A model generated the notes under the pieces. It saw only the letters and a list, made by a program, of their open reading frames with translations. It did not search any database and was not told where the DNA came from. A stretch of 64,000 nucleotides of DNA. Origin: Ramazzottius varieornatus. Its lineage: Eukaryota > Animalia > Tardigrada. The stretch lies in contig BDGG01000002.1 of the NCBI GenBank assembly GCA_001949185.1, positions 1,323,145 through 1,387,144 of the forward strand, in the 5' to 3' direction. How positions within the stretch are numbered: position 1 is the first letter of the stretch; each line of letters begins with the position of its first letter. The translations under genes were made by a program, and so were the position numbers. Below, piece after piece: positions 12,539-25,268 of the stretch.

Positions 12539-14966
12539 ATGAAGCTGCCTTATTTATTATGCATTGCATACGTATACTTGTTCGACTATGTCGTATGCCA
12601 GACAGTGTCAATTGCGAAAATCGGTAACTTGGGTAAGCTTGCCTACATATTTTGTTCACACCAAGTATCTTACCGAACGAAAGGTATATATAGCTTGTAA
12701 GTCTAAAACCTTTTTTCCATCCTGTAGATAATCTTTGTGACAACACTATTCCGGACCAAAACCACCTAATCTCACCCAGGTATCCTGACAGGTAAACTAA
12801 TTGACAATAAAAACGTGATATCTTTCCGTTGCCCAGACCCCAGCTTTCTCCTTCAGATACCCAAAGGGCGTCCGCTGTGTTTACGAAATCCGAAGTCCTG
12901 TCAATACGCGTCTGGAGTTCGAGCTGAACGAGTTCGAACTGGAGATCGAATTTAACGAAAAATGCCACGACCACTTTGTACTACAAGAAACCTTTCGAGC
13001 TACAACGTACCAAACCAAAGTCGAGCTACAGTGTGGAACTTTACCATCAGGGAGAAAAATTCTCGCTTCCACCAACTTCGTGGTATGTTTCAGGTTCCTG
13101 GTTATCCCAGCTGATCTGTTTTATAGAGAAACGTGCGATTTTAGAGAGCGGAGTTCGAGACGGACACATCGGTGGAAGCCACCGGTTACAACATCACTAT
13201 CCGAGCCATCGATATCACCCAGCCGCTCTCCACGCCGACCGACGACTGGATCGCCAACAATCGTCCCCTCAGTACCGCCGACCTGATCCGGTCCTTACAG
13301 CGAAGTCCGTGCGTGGACCAACTGATCAGCGTGCCCGTCGGCCAGCTTGTGACATTCTCCTCACCGGGTTATCCCGGTCTGTACCCCGAGTACGCCATCT
13401 GTAACTACCATTTCGACAGTCCACCAGGGACTCATATTGAATTTAACGCCGTGGATTTTCATCTGGAAGCCCCGTCGCGGACTGATGGGTGCAAATACGA
13501 TACCTTGACGTTCCAGGAGACCGTGGATGGAAAGACCATTGTCTTGGGCGGGAAGAAGTTCTGTGGGCTGGAAGGGCCCAAATTGCTCAGTTCCACTTCA
13601 AACTCTGTCGTACGAGTAACTCCACCAGCTTCAATGAGTACACGCAGTATAGTTACTTGCCGTGCGTTTTATTTGCAGAGAGCAGTCTTTCAAAGTGATT
13701 TGTCGAACCGAGAAACTGGGTTTTCGATCACCGCAATCAGTAAGAAACTACTACGCATTTTTGGGAGCATGCTTTACACTCCGTTTTCCGTACCAAAGGT
13801 CGATGTGGTTCCACGATAGCGCTTTCGCCAAACACTTCCATGATATTTTCGTCCGACACCCATACCGAGCTGTTCTCCGAGTCTGCTGGTCGCTGCGTCT
13901 ACAACTTTGTCGCCCCTGTCGACTACAACATTGAGTTCACCACCTCGAAGTATTCCCCCAGCACAGCGAGCTTTGACAACCACAACGCCAAATTTCGCCT
14001 GGGCGAGACTATTAACGGCATCGAAGTGCCACTTGGAACCATCAACCTAGACTCATATGCACCGTTCTCGGGCCCGATCGAACCGACGACTTTGCGCTCG
14101 AGAACAAACCGCGTGGTTAGTTAGGATATTCCCATTCACTGATTATGTTAACTCAAATGAAAGGTGGGCGTGTTTCCCCCCACCTGAACCACATCGTTTC
14201 CTCAAGTGGCGCAGACTTACAGCTAGCAACGATGAAAGCGTGCGTCGCTTGAGACATCGATCTGGTTCAGCTCATTCGCCTCCGTCCCACTTTGTTATTT
14301 TTTACTTTTCGTCGAGAATTTCAGAGGGGAATATTTTCAACGGAGCCGGCTGGTGCCGCGGCACAGTTCAACATCTCCATCAAGGTTGTCAGCCGGTACT
14401 TGGTCTCGCTGGCGACCAACGCCACCACCACCTTTACATCTCCAGGATATCCACAGCTGTATCCTCGTTCGACGAATCGCACGTACGATATCTCGGCACC
14501 GAAAGGCTACGTGATCGAACTAACAGCCATGCATTTCGAGATGGAACCCGGAAGTGATACTCAGTGTCCATATGACTGGCTTGGCTTCTTCGAACGAATA
14601 CAGAAGAGAATCGTACCGCTTGGACCGAAGTATTGTGGGAATAAAGGACCGCAAAGTCTCGTGTCACAGACAAACCATTTGGTAAGTGGGAGGTGTCTTC
14701 CAGAACATCTTAAAGTGTTTCATTCTGATACAACGCTGTGTTTACAGAAAGCGGTCTTTGTAAGCGACTTCTCCAGTCAATTCACTGGCTTTAACATCAC
14801 GGCGAAAGCTGTTCGTCCATCCGCCAACTTCTCACAAAGCACTTCCGCGTCCGTTCTAAAATCTTTTGCAACGTCAACTATCTTCAAATCTTCGTCGCAC
14901 TATATTCTGATTCTTTTATACGTCATGGTCGCCTGGGTGGGCTTTCACCGAGGACATTTATGCTGA
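12539..14966 (+). CDS. Four-CUB-domain extracellular protein with hydrophobic C-terminal tail (multi-exon), paralog of 8498-11224
   Basis: Signal exon MKLPYLLCIAYVYLFDYVVC from 12539; CUB motifs ISPRYPDRYP, SSPGYPGLYP, TSPGYPQLYP, VFQSDLS and VFVSDFS; tail HYILILLYVMVAWV. Confidence 0.8.
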
Positions 14967-15102
14967 TTGATGGATGCATTGGTTCACGTTTAATAACACG
15001 TGCGGTTAGTATATAGTAAGTAGTCTATCGTGTATCCTAATGGCAGTAACAAGCGAGCACAGCCAAAAGCTCGGCAGATAAAAAACAACAGGTGGAAAAG
15101 GT

Positions 15103-15531
15103 CTATCGTCGTCCGTAATATCCAAAGCCGTTTCCGTACTGAGAGTTGGAATTCGCTGCACCGAAAATGTTGACTCCATATCCCGATCCATATCCGTTGT
15201 TACTGGCGAACCCGTTGCTTCCCCATGGGTTGCTGTTGGTGAAGGCTTGATTATTAGTGCCTACATTGCCGAAGAGGGCGCTGCCTCCACCCAGGGCGTT
15301 AGCTCCCGAGCTTCCCAATCCACCAAAACCGCCAAATCCACCAAATCCACCAAATCCACCTGTTACAAAGTAAGCCAAACACTAATTACTATAAAGGGCG
15401 GAAAATCTGCGAAGGTCGTGATGTTTTGGAAAATGGTGCTTACCGTGGTTTGGAAAACCGTTGAATCCGTAGTAGGCGAAAGCGTGGCAAGCCAACAGGG
15501 CAACAACCAAAACTTGTAAAAGAACGGCCAT
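15103..15531 (-). CDS. Small secreted Gly-rich protein with one Gly/Asn family module, ending in GRR
   Basis: Signal peptide MAVLLQVLVVALLACHAFA; exons 15531-15444 and 15359-15103; (GGF)4 then GANALGGGSALFGNVGTNNQAFT...VNIFGAANSNS. Confidence 0.85.
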
Positions 15532-16314
15532 TTGAATAACCATACCTTTTAACGTTGTACCTCTGCTAAAAAACGTGGGGAAATTTCTGCTGCCGAAAAT
15601 GAAGCAAGTAAAGCGAATGAGCGAAGTGACATATAATGCTTTGTGGTCGTTGGTTTTTATATGATGGAACAGACGGAGGAACAAAAGGATGCGTAGTAAT
15701 TCAACGTTCTTCACGACCGGTATTACTCATTACACCGGTACGAGCAGTTGATTTCGGCGCACCTGACGAACAAGTCGGCAGACTGGTGGGTCTCGTCATT
15801 GTTTTTCCGGCTGTACGAAAAAATCGTGTTTATTCTGGGCAAACCGGATGAGCGAGCAACGATCAATGTTCTTCCGGGTTGGACTTTCCAAGAAACAATG
15901 ATGCATAAATTACTGAGCGGCTTCTTCAGCAATCGTCGGCCATGACATTGTTATTCTGCTCCTGTTTTACGACGCTAATGAAGCTGAGAAAAACAATGCA
16001 AGTCATTAAGCCATGCACAACAAACCATGACGTAATATACGTCGATGCCAGTCCAAACATATCAGAAACAGTCACCGGAGAGGCAGCAGAAAAACCAACA
16101 GCAGGGCCGTAAAACATGGTAAAAAAGCCAGAAGCGATTTTCTTCCATGTCACAATACCGAAAATCACAGTCCAAGTAAATGTAGTCACCAGAAAAATGA
16201 AAAGGGAAGGAAGATCACATGAAAGCTATCTGTATGGAAAATTTCCTGCTTCTCTGACAAAATTTATTCTGTCGCCAGACAAATTTTAAATTTTGTTCTT
16301 CGTTTTTTCTGTGG

Positions 16315-19013
16315 TTATTTTGAATCTAGAATCATCTGGAGCATCTGCAGTGTGGCTGGTCCTTGGTCGGCGGGGAGCATATGGCCTCCGCGGAGCATCC
16401 AGTAAAAGGAGAAGCGTTTGTATTGCTTGAAGTAGCCGACAATGTCGCCTGTTTCTTCCAGCACCACATGTTCTCGCTTGGCTGCATTGAAACTGGGCAA
16501 ACCGGTCCATTTCAAGGTCTGAACCCAGGCTTCGACACCAATTGTGTCGCAAATGAGGTCCAGCTGTCCGTTATAGACAACGACATTCAACGTTGTCTTG
16601 CTCAAAAGGAAGTCCACTACACAAGAAACCAGAAGAAAGTCAAACTAGAATGAATAAAATTCAAAATGAAGCGATACTGCGGTCATACTGCCATTATAAT
16701 AAAACGAACCAACCTCGCCCATACGAATCTCAAGACAAATTAGAGGTTGAAATTTTCGTCATACCGGCATGGGTTACTGGTTTCATGAATTCTTCTTCCT
16801 GGTTGATGAATACCTCAGCGGACTGGCCTAGAAAACAGTTTTTATCACTTAGTTTTAGACAGCCCAGTAGGAAGTCTTCGTCCAGTTCATCGTCAGGAAC
16901 CTCCTCCAATTACCTCCCCAGGTGACGTTCTCCGGGATGATGCCCAGTCGTTTCCGGACAGGTCCGTTCATCAAAGCATCTAGAGCGTCCTTCTGATGAA
17001 CAGCCACGTGCTTTTGGTACAGCTTCCCTGTGAAGCAGAAAGCTTCCAGTATAAAAGATTCGTTCCCAGAAAAGAAAAGTCGGCACTGACATACTCAAGG
17101 CCTTATCACGGATCGATTGACTCTGTCTGAAGGCCCGTTTGCCCTCGAGGTGCCTCTTCTCTGGGATCGGGCTGAGGATGTTGTACCAGTCGACACCACC
17201 TGTCACCTACAGGCGAACAGTGTATGGGCTGTGGGTAAGTTTCTAGAAAGTCTGGGATCATAGCGTAGAGGCACAGCTGATGAAATTTGAGAAGGGCAAG
17301 GGAAGGTTTCGGGTTTTTCCTGAAAATTCTCGGCCTCCACATGGCAAGCCCCGACCCCTACCCTTAGGCTACCCTGCCCCCTTGCCTAAATTTCCCCAAC
17401 TATGCCTCCACGCCGTGACCCCAGACTTCTGAGGAACTTTGCCCAGACTCCATATTGTAAGAAAACGTCAAACCATCGCTATGGCCCAATCAAGCTGGAG
17501 AGCATTTGGGAGCTCGGCAGAGAAACTTGACACGAATAACGGGCGTGTGTGCTTTTCATAATGGCGCACTTTTTTAAAGCTATTGGCTGAAAAATTCCCC
17601 CCACTTGGGAAAGCAATCGTGCTGAGATCGTCAGCTCTTCGAAGTGGGAAGCGTGAAACAACGCTAGAAGCGTCCGCCAATTGAGAAAACAATCTTGTCG
17701 ACCATCCAGTTCAGCTTACCTCGCCCACGACATCTTCTGAAGCATCCCACAGTGCCGTGGCTTCTTTCCATTCCCCGGCGGCGATGGCCGCGCTGATGTT
17801 GGCTGCGGATTCGTTCACTAGCGCTAGGCCGTTGTCGTCCACGAAGGACTGCGGAAAGATCTAACATGAAGTACCTGAAAGACGACTTCCCATGCAGGAA
17901 ACGAAATGAAGAGGGTGCTTCTGCTAGGACAGAGAAACTCACTTACAGTGGAATATAGGTACGGACCCCAAGAATCCACGATGATTTTCGGATGTATCCA
18001 CGAATCTCCTGCAAGACGTGAAATGATTTCGCAACTTCGATTCAACTGATTCGTGAGGTTCTGTCTTTCTACCCATCGCAGCGCCCTTGAATTTACAGAC
18101 AACGTCTCCACGACGAACGGCTTTCCACAGATGCACAGCGAACACGGCAGTCATTTTTCCGCCATACGATTCGGAGAAGATGTAGAAAGGAACGTTCTAA
18201 AATATGCGAAGGGACACAGTTTGGACGAATTTTATGACAAATTTATTCCAATTTATTCACACCAAACCTGAAGATCTGGTTTCTTTTGGAAAAATTCCTT
18301 GAAGAACGCCACCAGGTCCTCTGCGATCTCGTCGACGGTTTTGGCGTAGGCGTTGTCGTCTGTCACGTAGCTGAAGCCGGTTCCGACTGGATTGTCGATG
18401 AAAAGAAGGTTGGCGGCTTTCAGCCACGTCGTTTCGCGCGGTTGCAGACCGACGTCCAGTGGCCCGATCTCTCCAAAGTTGCCAAAACCGGCACCTGATC
18501 CTCCGGGCCCACCCTGCAACAGTCCATGACATGAAATCTTGCCTACAAATTCGGATAGTCTTCAGACTCTTCACATGTCTGACGTTGCCATAATTTTATC
18601 TATTATCTTGGGCGTTCCTGCACGATACTCACCTGCAGCCATAACACTAACGGCAAACTCGTAGCGTCTTCCCGTGTATACAACCACCAAAACAGGTGCG
18701 CTTCCGGCTGGAAAAGCAATACACGATTACTACTGCACTTCATGTTCCCAATCTCAGAAGATCTACGAAGGTCCAGTCCATTCAGAGCGCGACCAGGCTC
18801 TTACTCGAACAGTAATGTATCCCCAGTCTTCGGCATACTCTTCAGCGAAGGTGGAATTTCGGAAGCCCCCTGTTCAAGAAAACAAGCAAATGCGAAAATA
18901 CCCAGGTAGGTGCAGTACTGTAGCTAAACACGCAGATACCAACCGGGCAATCCAGCACAGTTCTGCCAGGGGCAAAGTGACATCAACAGCAACACGCAAA
19001 TGACGTTCCGCAT
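16315..19013 (-). CDS. SCPEP1: Retinoid-inducible serine carboxypeptidase (S10 family), multi-exon
   Basis: DWGYITVR, WLQGGPGGSG..FGNFGEIGPLD, LLFIDNPVGTGFSY, catalytic FSESYGGK, YNGQLDLIC and GGHMLPADQ. Confidence 0.92.
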
Positions 19014-19320
19014 GGTTCCTTCGCTTGCAAACTTCTTGGCTTGTCAATGAGGGAGGATAATGCACTGAAAGAGACCAGATGTCGTTTGACGAGGAGAGAG
19101 ACTAATTCAGATTTCGGATCGGCGTAGGCCGCATAGCCAGAAGTTCAAACGTAAACAACGGCCGTGTCAGGGCCGTGCCGTAGTATGGGCCGGAAACAGT
19201 TGAAACGTTGCAAGTTTCACAGATCGCGTAATGCTAAACATGACGTCAGTGGTGGATTCCGAGCTGCGTACAAGGCGAATGGCCTGTGGGAGAAGCACGG
19301 ACTGTGATCAGTCACTACGA
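19014..19320. promoter_or_regulatory. Probable bidirectional promoter shared by SCPEP1 and BCKDHB
   Basis: Divergent start codons ~410 bp apart (19013 and 19427); GC-rich GGCCG cluster; TGACGTCA (CRE-like) at 19241-19248. Confidence 0.45.
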
Positions 19321-19426
19321 TCAGCTGATCTGGCGTGGAGCCTGTTGAACGCTCCTCCATACTTTCTTCTCTTCCATATTCCCCAGTCCCCATTGTGTGT
19401 TCGTTGCAGGAGTTCCCTCGCCAAGC

Positions 19427-20655
19427 ATGATTGTAAAACGAGGACTGAGGAGCGTACTGTACGCCCTTCGGACGGACGCGAGATATGCCTCGACGCGCTT
19501 CACCTTCGTTCCGGAAGTCGCTCCTGATGAGTATGGCCCGACGACCAAGCTTAACCTGTTCCAGTCCATCAACAGCGCCATGGACGTCGCTCTTTCCACG
19601 GATAAGACAGCCATCATCTTCGGCGAAGACGTAGCTTTCGGTGGAGTCTTCCGCGCCACCATCAACCTTCAAGAGAAATACGGCAAAGATCGCGTCTTCA
19701 ACACGCCACTATGCGAACAAGGCATCGCTGGGTTTGGCATCGGGGTAGCCGCGGCTGGCTCGACGGCCATCGCCGAGATTCAGTTTGCTGACTACATCTT
19801 CCCGGCATTTGACCAACTGGTCAACGAAGCTGCTAAGTATCGTTACAGGTCGGGTGACCAGTTCGATAGCGGCTCGTTGACGGTCAGAAGCCCGTACGGA
19901 GCAGTGGGACATGGCGCGTTGTATCATTCTCAGAGCCCCGAAGCTTATTTCGCTCATACCGCCGGACTGAAAGTTGTCATTCCCCGGGGACCTATCCAGG
20001 CGAAAGGTTTGCTACTTTCCTGTATCCGGGACAAGAACCCGTGCGTTTTCTTTGAGCCCAAAATACTCTACAGGTAAGAAAAGCAGTCTTTCCATGGCGA
20101 CACTTACCTGCATACGTTGTCGCCCGCTGAAAGTCGGTGATACCGTATTTAGGTGCGTGCTGGACCTGATTACACTGGATTGATTGACTAATTCGTTAAA
20201 TCACTTGCAGGTCCGCTGTCGAAAACGTCCCGTCCGGGGATTACACAGTTCCTCTCGGCAAAGCAGACATTCTTCGCAAGGGGACAGATGTAACTGTAGT
20301 GGGTTATGGAACACAGATCCACGTGCTGAAAGAAGTGGCGGATATGGCGCAGGAGAAGCTCGGTGTGTCGTGCGAGGTGATCGACTTACAGACCATCCTG
20401 CCCTGGGACGCGCAAGCCGTTTGCGAGTCCGTGGTCAAGACTGGCCGACTTCTTGTCTCGCACGAAGCTCCATTAACTAACGGGTTCGCTTCTGAGATAG
20501 CTTCGTATGTTCAGAAAGAGTGCTTCTTGAACTTGGAAGCACCGATAGAACGGGTGTGTGGATGGGATACACCATTTCCGCATTCAATGGAAGCCTTCTA
20601 CCTGCCGGACAAATGGCGCTGCCTGGACGCGGTGAAACGCCTGAGCAAATACTGA
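19427..20655 (+). CDS. BCKDHB: Branched-chain alpha-keto acid dehydrogenase E1 beta subunit, mitochondrial
   Basis: Arg-rich presequence; [58 protein letters not shown]; exons 19427-20073 and 20211-20655. Confidence 0.96.
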
Positions 20656-22005
20656 AGAGTTCTTATTGACATCATGCTGAATTGTTTTTAGCGTTCATAT
20701 TGTAAGTTATAAAGTTGAAGTTTCATCTGAATCGTAGGTCAGATTTGTGCCCAGTTTTATTTGCTCATTCAGATTACAGATTACTTCCCTTCCGTGGAAA
20801 TGCTCAGGGTTCTACAGTTCTACGCATTATATGCTTACGGTTCAGCAGTTTAATTGCGGAAAGAATGTTTGGTCGAAGAGTTTCGTGTTTTGCGAACTCA
20901 AGAACTTTTGTAATTCGGTTCTTCCTGGTTGTTCTTTTCGTGACAAAGAAATCAATTCGGAGCGATGAAATGTTGTCCATGTCATGTCAGCAGAACGTGT
21001 ACGCAGTGTACGTAAATTTTGCCCCAGCCGGCTTAATGGTGAACTGCAAACTTGTATATGGCAGACCGGGGCGAAACTTACGGAAGCGAAATTGATTGGT
21101 TGATGTCCCGCCTCCTGTTTGAACTCGTACTAAATCAGCCAATCAGGTTCAGGGATACTGATTGATCATTTGATTACGTAGGCAGTCTGGGTGCACTCGT
21201 GCATACGCAGCTTTACAACGTGGTGTTTAGAATTGATTGATCTGACAGGCGGCCATGCTGGATTCGACGTTCTTTCGTAAAGAAGGTTCTCCCATCGCTG
21301 CCCTATCGGATTATCGAGCTCTTGTGCAACCCTCGTGAACCGGATTCATCAGTCCAGCCATCGGACAACTCCAACAGGTAAGAGAATGTCGTGTAACTTT
21401 TTTGATTGCCAGATTTAACGCCGGGAAGAAGGTACTCTTTGACCTTGAAGCAATCCGCGATTACTAGTCTGGTGGTCGTCCCGGTCATGTCCTCCTGACC
21501 GTGGCTCTCTAGACTTTCAGTTCGCGTCCCTAGTCACTCGAACTCGTGCTGTAGCTAGCATAATCATCCGGGAATCTGAAGAGGGACGACGAAGGGAGCA
21601 GCCTACCTTTCGAAATGTTTGTTCTCCAATCGAAACGATTTTTCAACAGCTCGTGGATCACAAAGCCAGGCTGAACGCATCGGATCAGGTGACTTCTTCA
21701 CTACCGTAGCTAGAAGAAGTGTCGCGTGACATAATGCGCAGATTTGGTCGTGCCACGACGTCATAGTTTTCAGCTGGTACGCATTACGGAAGGTTTGGCC
21801 ACGTGATTTGCGTCATTTTTATGTTTGCGACATGTCACGTGATCCACCCTGTTCGTTGTAACTTCATCTGATTGATTACTTGACGCACAAGGATGCGCAT
21901 TTTTTGTTCTGGAAATAATTCCATCCAGCATCTCTTTCTGATGTTTCTGATGCTCTTGATGTGTTGCTGACTGAAGTACCTTTCTTTGCAGGAGCTTCGA
22001 ACAGG

Positions 22006-24914
22006 ATGTCGGAAACTATAACCGCTATGATCACGCCGAACTTCTCCAGCCCCGTACAAACGGCCAACGGACGCGTCTTCCTGTGCACCTGGCCTGGTAA
22101 ATTTTGTTGAGACATGCACCTACATACCTTCACGCAGCTGACCGTTGGCTCCTCTCGTTTGCAGCTTGTGGGAAGGAATTCAAATGGCAGAGCTATCTCG
22201 ATCGACATATGCTCTTCCACACAGGTATATCACCCTTCTGCTTTATTTCTCCATGATCATCTCGTTGACTGGTTGTGTCTTCTAGGTGAAAAGCCCTTCG
22301 AGTGTTCTTTCGAAGGTTGCGGCTACCGCGCAGCACAGTCTGGCAACTTGCGCGTCCACGAACTGTCTCATACAGGTAGATTCATCCGTTCTCGATCGGT
22401 TTAGCAAGATCCTTCTTCTAACGGGCCGTTGTTTGCAGGAGATGTTCCGGAGAAGCCTGCGCGAAAGAAGCGCAAGCCGAAGCAAGGACCGGCCAAGTCG
22501 TACACTTGTCCCGAGTGCGACAAGATCTTCGACTGGAAGAGCTATTTGGATCGCCACATGGTTTCCCACACAGGTAAGTCCGTTGCTCTCTCTCTCCGAA
22601 AACACTTGTTTTCTTCTGTGAACTCTTTCACCTGAATTCTTGTTCGTTCATGTCTAGGAGAGCGTCCGTACGAGTGCAACTATCCAGGCTGCGATTATCG
22701 AGCAGCTCAACCGGGCAATTTGAAATATCACATGCAAATGCACACGGGTAACTTGATTCTTCGTCTTTTCTCTTCCTCACTCTGCGTAAAAGCTTATGCG
22801 AGGTCGGCAAATGAAGGCACCCTAATCGTTTCCGAAGTGGCGCACGCCCCTAGCCAATATCAGTGAGACAGAGCGCCACTTGTTATGACGATCTGGGTGT
22901 ATCTTTTTGCCCACGTCCCGATTCCAGAACTCAGAACTTCATCGGCTTTTTTCACAGGTGTGAAAGCCTACGAATGTTCATGGGAGGGTTGTGACTATAA
23001 AAGTACGCATCCCGGAACGCTTCGCACTCACATGTTGAGTCATTCCGGTAAGAAACCTTCCTCGCTCACAGTCAAACGTTCTGTGAATTTTTCTCTTGAC
23101 GGGTTTGTTTCTTCGAGTAGGAAAGAAAGGTGGTAAGTTTGGTTTCCGATGCCGGATTGAAGGATGCGGGTTTTCGGGCGCCCACGCTGATGATATCAAG
23201 CGACACGTCAAATCGCAGCACAAAGGTACGTAGGCTCTCTTTTTTTTCACGACGTTTCGATCTTCGTTTGGTGGAGTGGGGAAAGCAAACGAGTTTTCCT
23301 TTTACAGGTGAAGATATCTTTCGTTGTCCTTGGGAAGACTGCGACTTCACCGCACCGAAAGCTACCATTCTGAAGTCTCACTACTTGTCTCACACTGGTA
23401 AGAACAAGTGTCTAATTCGTGAAAGTCTCTAAGCTTATTCGCAGTCAGAGAAAAATTCCCTTCAAAACTGTTGAAATACGTTATGTAAAGACTCTAAAGT
23501 GGGAAAAGGCGCCGTCAAAACTAATCTTGTGTCTGCATCTGATGACTTGCTCTTAGTGATTTTTTGTTGGGTATTTGCAGGAGAGAAACGGTACGCTTGT
23601 TCGTGGGAAGGTTGCCTCTACCGATCGGCATTCCCTGGCCACGTCAAAGCTCACTATATGACCCACACGGAGGAAAAGCCCTTCAAGTGTCGCTTCGAGG
23701 AATGCGAGTATGCCGCCAAGAGCACGCGCGAGCTAGAGAAACATCGTCGACGACACCAAGGTGAGAGATCCTCATCGAACCTAGTCATAGACACATACTT
23801 CGTTGGGAAAATTATTTTCGATTCTCCGGAATCTCGATTAATCTTCGGGCTGTTGGTTTCCAGGAACACGTCCTCATGTCTGTCCTCACTGCGACTTTGC
23901 GGCTGCTGGTTCGGGTATGCTTTTTTACCACCTTTAAGATGTTGAAGGGGTGAATGACCGAATTTGTTATTTTGAAGTTGTTTATCGTTTGATTTTTAGA
24001 GTTTTCCTTCTTATGGTTTTATCTAATTCTTTTTTTTGTTGATTTGTAGTGTACGTCAAGAAGCACATGGAGAGACATCATCCCGAAGCGCCCTTCACGA
24101 ACGACGATGGCTCGGAAGAACCACAGGAAGAGTTGGATGCCGCTCTGGATGAAATCAACGTCAGTGAGAAGCCGAAGAAGAAGAGGAAGCGCAAGAATGA
24201 GGTGGAGATCAAAGTTAAGACGGAAGGCAAGGTGAGCAAGAAAAAGAACAAGGATGGCAAAGCAGCTGCATCCACTTCCAAAGACACCAAAGTGGTCAAG
24301 AAGAAGGGCAAGGACGGGAAGAAGCCCAAGAAAGTCAAGGAGGACAAGAAGAAGAAAAAATCCAAAAAGACTACCAAGAAAGGACGAAGAGGTGAAAATT
24401 GTAGGGGGCAAATAGTACAATACAAGTCAAAGAATATTCTGACAGTTTTCTTGTAGTGGCGCGTGCTTTCGGCTAATGTACTGAAAGTATGCGCCAGTTG
24501 AGAATCCGGTCTTGCCAAATTTGTTTCTTAAGCTTCTGTTTTTGGTGTATTAAGATGAAGAGGAGCTGAGTTCAAGCTTTCTTGATGTTATCATCATCAT
24601 GTTTTTCTGTAGAAACTCCCGAAGAAGAGGAAGAGGAAGAAGAAGAGCAGATGGAAGAGGAGGAAATGGGCGAAGAGTATGAAGCTCTTCCGGTGGGTGA
24701 CGACGGAGAAGCTATGGTCTTGTACCTTTCCGAAGGGGAAGAGGAAGCATTGCCGGAAATGTCGGAAGATGACGAAGGCGTGGTCGAGGAGGAGGAGGAG
24801 GAGGAAGTGGCCGAAGACGGAGAGATGGAGGAGATGGGCGAAGGCGAAGAGGAAGATGACGACGAAGAACGGGTGGAGATTCCTCGCAAGTATGCAGCTT
24901 CTTCCAGACGTTGA
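22006..24914 (+). CDS. C2H2 zinc-finger protein (10 fingers) with Lys-rich then Glu-rich C-terminal tail
   Basis: Ten CxxC/CxxxxC...HxxxH fingers rebuilt across short introns, mostly at the HT-G|EKP linker; Lys-rich 24170-24390; acidic last exon 24613-24914. Start inferred. Confidence 0.85.
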
Positions 24915-25268
24915 TCACAGACAGACATCCTCATTGATTTCAGTTCTTCTGTGGATCATTCTTTTGATTTCAAACGTCTTGTCGTTTTATCTTTGTTCAA
25001 GTTATCAGTACAGTATTTTGTGCTGTCTTCGTAGAACTGAACTGATAGACTTCTCTCAGACTATCAGCGTTTTCGACAACGCCGCTTATTAATATGCATG
25101 TCGCTATTGCATGGAAGAAGCAAGGAGAAGATGTACCTTGCGAAGGACAAGTTCGACTGGAAAGCAAGAAAGAAGAAGCGTAGCTTGTAAGAGTTTCGTT
25201 CGGTCAAGGAAAACGTGGAAGTCTCTCGGCTTTACTTTTTTTACCTTGATAAATTATTCGATCCTTAA

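Noticed and set aside
24049-24456. Lys-rich ORF as a stand-alone Dsup- or histone-H1-like gene
   Set aside because: It splices in frame to the last zinc finger (YVKKHMERHH) and is part of the ZF gene.
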